From Escherichia coli O127:H6 str. E2348/69 (lineage in GTDB: Bacteria; Pseudomonadota; Gammaproteobacteria; Enterobacterales; Enterobacteriaceae), in assembly GCF_000026545.1 (NCBI RefSeq), contig NC_011601.1: 64,000 bases of DNA; one strand, written 5' to 3'. The notes below the pieces were generated by a model. The model did not search any database. It was not told the DNA's origin and was given only the letters and a program-made list of their open reading frames with translations. The translations under genes and the position numbers were made by a program. Each line of letters starts with the position of its first letter. Within the stretch, counting starts at the first letter, position 1. Shown here piece after piece: positions 59,814 to 64,000 of this stretch.

Positions 59814-60965
59814 TTACCAGGCGGTATGGTAAAGCTCTACAATATCCTCAAGCGTTGCTTCACGCGGGTTGCCACCGGTACAAACATCATCCAGTGCCGC
59901 CTGCGCCAGTGTCGGAATATCTTCCTTACGTACACCAACATCACGTAAATGTGGCGGAATACCGACATCACGGTTGAGAGCAAACACCGCTTCAACAGCG
60001 GCATTACGCGCCTCTTCCAGGCTCATACCTTCCACTTTCACGCCCATAACGCGTGCGATATCGCGGTACTTCTCACCGGTAAAGTCAGCGTTATAACGCA
60101 TAACATGCGGTAACAGGATGGCGTTCGCAACACCGTGTGGCGTGTTGTAAAACGCGCCCAGTGGATGCGCCATACCATGCACCAACCCTAACCCAACATT
60201 CGAGAATCCCATACCCGCAACATACTGCCCGAGCGCCATTTCTTCTCCGGCATCCTTATCACCAGCAACCGATCCTCGCAGCGCCCCAGCAATGATTTCA
60301 ATCGCTTTAATGTGCAGCGCATCGGTTAGCGCCCACGCGCCACGGGTAATATACCCCTCAATAGCATGAGTGAGCGCATCGACACCCGTCGCGGCTTTCA
60401 GCGCTGGAGGCATACCATCCATCATGTCAGCGTCAATAAACGCCACCTGCGGGATATCATGCGGATCAACGCAAACAAACTTGCGCCGTTTTTCTTCGTC
60501 AGTGATCACGTAGTTAATGGTCACTTCTGCCGCAGTACCTGCTGTGGTGGGGATTGCCAGAATCGGTACACTGGGTTTATTGGTCGGGGAAAGCCCTTCC
60601 AGGCTACGCACATCGGCAAACTCCGGGTTGTTGCTGATAATGCCAATCGCTTTACAAGTATCCTGTGGAGAACCGCCACCAATAGCGATCAGGTAATCCG
60701 CGCCGCTATTCTGGAATACACCGAGCCCTTCTTTGACGACAGTAATTGTTGGGTTCGGCACTACGCCGTCGTAAATCGCCCATGCCAGCCCTGCAGCATC
60801 CATCTTATCGGTCACTTTTGCCACCACGCCGCATTGCACCAGCGTTTTATCGGTGACGATCAGCGCCTTCTGATAACCACGGCGTTTCACCTCATCGGTT
60901 AAAGCTCCAACAGCCCCCCGACCAAACCATGCCGTTTCGTTCAGAATCATTCTGTTAGCCATCAT
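59814..60965 (-). CDS. fucO: L-1,2-propanediol oxidoreductase (iron-dependent ADH)
   Basis: 383-aa ORF starting MMANRMILNETAWFGRGAVG. The true start may be the second Met (60962). Confidence 0.96.
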   Translation of the reverse strand: MMANRMILNETAWFGRGAVGALTDEVKRRGYQKALIVTDKTLVQCGVVAKVTDKMDAAGLAWAIYDGVVPNPTITVVKEGLGVFQNSGADYLIAIGGGSPQDTCKAIGIISNNPEFADVRSLEGLSPTNKPSVPILAIPTTAGTAAEVTINYVITDEEKRRKFVCVDPHDIPQVAFIDADMMDGMPPALKAATGVDALTHAIEGYITRGAWALTDALHIKAIEIIAGALRGSVAGDKDAGEEMALGQYVAGMGFSNVGLGLVHGMAHPLGAFYNTPHGVANAILLPHVMRYNADFTGEKYRDIARVMGVKVEGMSLEEARNAAVEAVFALNRDVGIPPHLRDVGVRKEDIPTLAQAALDDVCTGGNPREATLEDIVELYHTAW

Positions 60966-60989
60966 CCTTCTCCTTGTTGCTTTACGAAA

Positions 60990-61637
60990 TTACTCTTCAA
61001 TCCGTAACCCGTAGGTTTTGAATTTCTCCAGCACTACGGCAATCTCTTCATCGCTCAGCACTGGCACCGGGTCCGTAATCGCCAGGGTCGTCAGGTAAAG
61101 TTGCGCCAGCACTTCAACTTCATGCGCCAGCCATAACGCTTTCTCCAGATTCACCTCACAAGCGATAAGCCCATGATGTTGTAACAAAGTTGCCTTACGA
61201 TTTTTGAGAGCCAGCGCAACATGTTCAGAAAGTTCGCGTGTTCCAAAGGTCGCATAAGGCGCGCAAGGAATAGAATTACCGCCAGCCGCCGCAATCATGT
61301 AGTGAATCGCGGGGATCGGTCGGTTAAGAATGGAAACTGCCGTACAATGAACGGCATGATTGTGAACAACCGCGTTGGCATCCGGTCTGCTTTGATAGGC
61401 CGCCATATGGAAACGCCACTCGCTTGAGGGGAGCTTTCCTTCCTCATGTTTGCCGTTGCCATCAATAAAGACAATATGCGACTCCGTCAGTTTTTCATAT
61501 GGAATGCCTGTAGGCGTAATCAGCATCCCATCCTGATAACGTACACTGACGTTACCCGCTGTCCCCTGGTTCAGTCCCAGGCGGGTCATTTCCAGGCAAG
61601 TGTCAATAATCTGACGAGCAAGTTTATTTCGTTCCAT
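60990..61637 (-). CDS. fucA: L-fuculose-1-phosphate aldolase
   Basis: 215-aa ORF, class II aldolase (GNVSVR, HNHAVHCTA). Confidence 0.97.
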   Translation of the reverse strand: MERNKLARQIIDTCLEMTRLGLNQGTAGNVSVRYQDGMLITPTGIPYEKLTESHIVFIDGNGKHEEGKLPSSEWRFHMAAYQSRPDANAVVHNHAVHCTAVSILNRPIPAIHYMIAAAGGNSIPCAPYATFGTRELSEHVALALKNRKATLLQHHGLIACEVNLEKALWLAHEVEVLAQLYLTTLAITDPVPVLSDEEIAVVLEKFKTYGLRIEE

Positions 61638-61824
61638 TAGCTACCTCTCTCTGATTCAAAACAGGGCAATAATGTTGTTCCTTTCACACTATTGAATTAG
61701 CCGTTTAATTACCCACCATCTTCTTCCTGATTAACCAGAAAGAAATTCACAAGCTTATATTTTGTGACCTGGTTCAACTAATCACAGTAAATAACTGCAA
61801 GTTCTCTTTTTATAACCCTATTAA

Positions 61825-61962
61825 AAATGACCGCTCTTAAAAATATTTATCAAAACGGTCATTTTTCCATTCCCCCTCGCCAGAAATGCCCGTTTTCGGC
61901 ACAAACAATTAATACGGTCATCGGGTTTGTGTTTTTTATGATTTATTTTCTGAAACGGGCAT
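61825..61962. promoter_or_regulatory. fucAO / fucPIK divergent control region with repeated ATG(A/C)CCG / CGG(T/G)CAT half-sites
   Basis: AAATGACCG (61825) pairs with CGGTCATTT (61856). AAATGCCCGTTT (61884) pairs with AAACGGGCAT (61953). A further ACGGTCAT lies at 61914. These are candidate FucR (DeoR-family) sites; the function is inferred. Confidence 0.4.
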
Positions 61963-62183
61963 GAAATTTCGATTATTAAAGTGATGGTAGTCACATAAAG
62001 TCACCTCCCAACTAATAAGTGTGACCGCCGTCATATTACAGAGCGTTTTTTATTTGAAAATGAATCCATGAGTTCATTTCTGACAGGCAAATATTCACTG
62101 ATATGAAGCCCGAACTCGCTGGTTTTGCACTTTTGAAAACATAACCGATTACGTGCTTAAGCTTCTGAACCTAAGAGGATGCT

Positions 62184-63500
62184 ATGGGAAACACATCAAT
62201 ACAAACGCAGAGTTACCGTGCGGTAGATAAAGATGCAGGGCAAAGCAGAAGTTACATTATTCCATTCGCGCTGCTGTGCTCACTGTTTTTTCTTTGGGCG
62301 GTAGCCAATAACCTTAACGACATTTTATTACCTCAATTCCAGCAGGCTTTTACGCTGACAAATTTCCAGGCTGGCCTGATCCAATCGGCCTTTTACTTTG
62401 GTTATTTCATTATCCCAATCCCTGCTGGGATATTGATGAAAAAACTCAGTTATAAAGCAGGGATTATTACCGGATTATTTTTATATGCCTTGGGCGCTGC
62501 ATTATTCTGGCCCGCTGCAGAAATAATGAACTACACCTTATTTTTAGTTGGCCTATTTATTATTGCAGCTGGATTAGGTTGTCTGGAAACTGCCGCAAAC
62601 CCTTTTGTTACGGTATTAGGGCCGGAAAGCAGTGGTCACTTCCGCTTAAATCTTGCGCAAACATTTAACTCGTTTGGCGCAATTATCGCGGTTGTCTTTG
62701 GACAAAGTCTTATTTTGTCTAACGTGCCACATCAATCGCAAGACGTTCTCGATAAAATGTCTCCAGAGCAATTGAGTGCGTATAAACACAGCCTGGTATT
62801 ATCGGTACAGACACCTTATATGATCATCGTGGCTATCGTGTTACTGGTCGCCCTGCTGATCATGCTGACGAAATTCCCGGCATTGCAGAGTGATAATCAC
62901 AGTGACGCCAAACAAGGATCGTTCTCCGCATCGCTTTCTCGTCTGGCGCGTATTCGTCACTGGCGCTGGGCGGTATTAGCGCAATTCTGCTATGTCGGCG
63001 CGCAAACGGCCTGCTGGAGCTATTTGATTCGCTACGCTGTGGAAGAAATTCCAGGTATGACCGCAGGCTTTGCCGCTAACTATTTAACCGGAACCATGGT
63101 GTGCTTCTTTATTGGTCGTTTCACCGGTACCTGGCTCATCAGTCGCTTCGCACCACACAAAGTCCTGGCAGCCTACGCATTAATCGCTATGGCACTGTGC
63201 CTGATCTCAGCCTTCGCTGGCGGTCATGTGGGCTTAATAGCCCTGACATTATGCAGTGCCTTTATGTCGATTCAGTACCCAACAATCTTCTCGCTGGGCA
63301 TTAAGAATCTCGGCCAGGACACCAAATACGGTTCGTCCTTCATCGTTATGACCATTATTGGCGGCGGTATTGTCACTCCGGTCATGGGTTTTGTCAGTGA
63401 CGCGGCGGGCAACATCCCCACTGCTGAACTGATCCCCGCACTCTGCTTCGCGGTCATCTTTATCTTTGCCCGTTTCCGTTCTCAAACGGCAACTAACTGA
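62184..63500 (+). CDS. fucP: L-fucose:H+ symporter
   Basis: 438-aa MFS ORF starting MGNTSIQTQSYRAVDKDAGQSRSY. Confidence 0.97.
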   Translation: MGNTSIQTQSYRAVDKDAGQSRSYIIPFALLCSLFFLWAVANNLNDILLPQFQQAFTLTNFQAGLIQSAFYFGYFIIPIPAGILMKKLSYKAGIITGLFLYALGAALFWPAAEIMNYTLFLVGLFIIAAGLGCLETAANPFVTVLGPESSGHFRLNLAQTFNSFGAIIAVVFGQSLILSNVPHQSQDVLDKMSPEQLSAYKHSLVLSVQTPYMIIVAIVLLVALLIMLTKFPALQSDNHSDAKQGSFSASLSRLARIRHWRWAVLAQFCYVGAQTACWSYLIRYAVEEIPGMTAGFAANYLTGTMVCFFIGRFTGTWLISRFAPHKVLAAYALIAMALCLISAFAGGHVGLIALTLCSAFMSIQYPTIFSLGIKNLGQDTKYGSSFIVMTIIGGGIVTPVMGFVSDAAGNIPTAELIPALCFAVIFIFARFRSQTATN

Positions 63501-63532
63501 ACATATTTTCCGAATAAAGTGAGGAATCTGTA

Positions 63533-64000
63533 ATGAAAAAAATCAGCTTACCGAAAATTGGTATCCGCCCGGTTATTGACGGTCGTCGCATGGGTGTTCG
63601 TGAGTCGCTTGAAGAACAAACAATGAATATGGCGAAAGCCACGGCTGCACTGCTGACCGAGAAACTGCGCCATGCCTGTGGAGCTGCCGTCGAGTGTGTC
63701 ATTTCCGATACCTGTATCGCGGGTATGGCTGAAGCCGCTGCTTGCGAAGAAAAATTCAGCAGTCAGAATGTAGGCCTCACCATTACGGTAACGCCTTGCT
63801 GGTGCTATGGCAGTGAAACCATCGACATGGATCCAACCCGCCCGAAAGCCATTTGGGGCTTTAACGGCACTGAACGTCCCGGCGCTGTTTACCTGGCTGC
63901 GGCTTTGGCAGCTCACAGCCAGAAAGGCATCCCGGCATTCTCCATTTACGGTCATGACGTTCAGGATGCCGATGACACATCGATTCCTGCTGATGTTGAA
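63533..64000 (+). CDS. fucI: L-fucose isomerase, N-terminal 156 codons (runs off the window)
   Basis: My translation from the ATG at 63533 is [35 protein letters not shown]... The frame stays open to 64000, with SD GAGGAA upstream. It is not in the ORF track because there is no stop in the window. Confidence 0.93.
   Translation, partial: MKKISLPKIGIRPVIDGRRMGVRESLEEQTMNMAKATAALLTEKLRHACGAAVECVISDTCIAGMAEAAACEEKFSSQNVGLTITVTPCWCYGSETIDMDPTRPKAIWGFNGTERPGAVYLAAALAAHSQKGIPAFSIYGHDVQDADDTSIPADVE

Overview
This window is Escherichia coli-type chromosome, colinear with the K-12 pcm-surE-truD-ispFD-ftsB / cysCND / iap / cysHIJ / queD / ygcNOPQRSUW-yqcE-ygcE / queE-ygcG-eno-pyrG-mazGFE-relA-rlmD / barA / gudDXP / yqcA-truC-yqcC-csrB-syd / queF-ppnN / sdaCB-xni / fucOA-fucPI segment. 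Gene identities come from reading the supplied translations against remembered K-12 proteins; no database search was run. Most of the window is conserved core genome. It departs from my memory of K-12 at the two places where K-12 carries CRISPR DNA.

(1) The iap-cysH gap (8534-10174) has no CRISPR array and no cas genes. It holds a hok/sok-type type I toxin-antitoxin locus that the ORF track misses, because the toxin is only 50 aa (8658-8810, minus strand). A ~1.1 kb IS481-like insertion sequence (8814-9909) with a 5-bp ATGTC target duplication splits this locus exactly between the hok Shine-Dalgarno and its ATG.

(2) The ygcE-queE gap carries a ~6.5 kb PTS-type sucrose regulon, scrK-scrY-scrA-scrB-scrR, with three copies of a CTAAAYCGRTTTAG operator palindrome. 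No CRISPR repeats are present there either.

Other observations:
- The divergent ygcW and yqcE-ygcE units of the uncharacterised ygc cluster each start with a strong intrinsic terminator in the leader. A consensus CRP box lies between them, and a GlpP-family antiterminator gene (ygcP) sits in the same cluster.
- csrB is recognisable with about 18 GGA motifs and an upstream UvrY-type palindrome; barA lies 7 kb away.
- An intact mazEF-mazG module follows relA.
- Several REP elements and terminators are present.

I found no rRNA, tRNA or CRISPR array.
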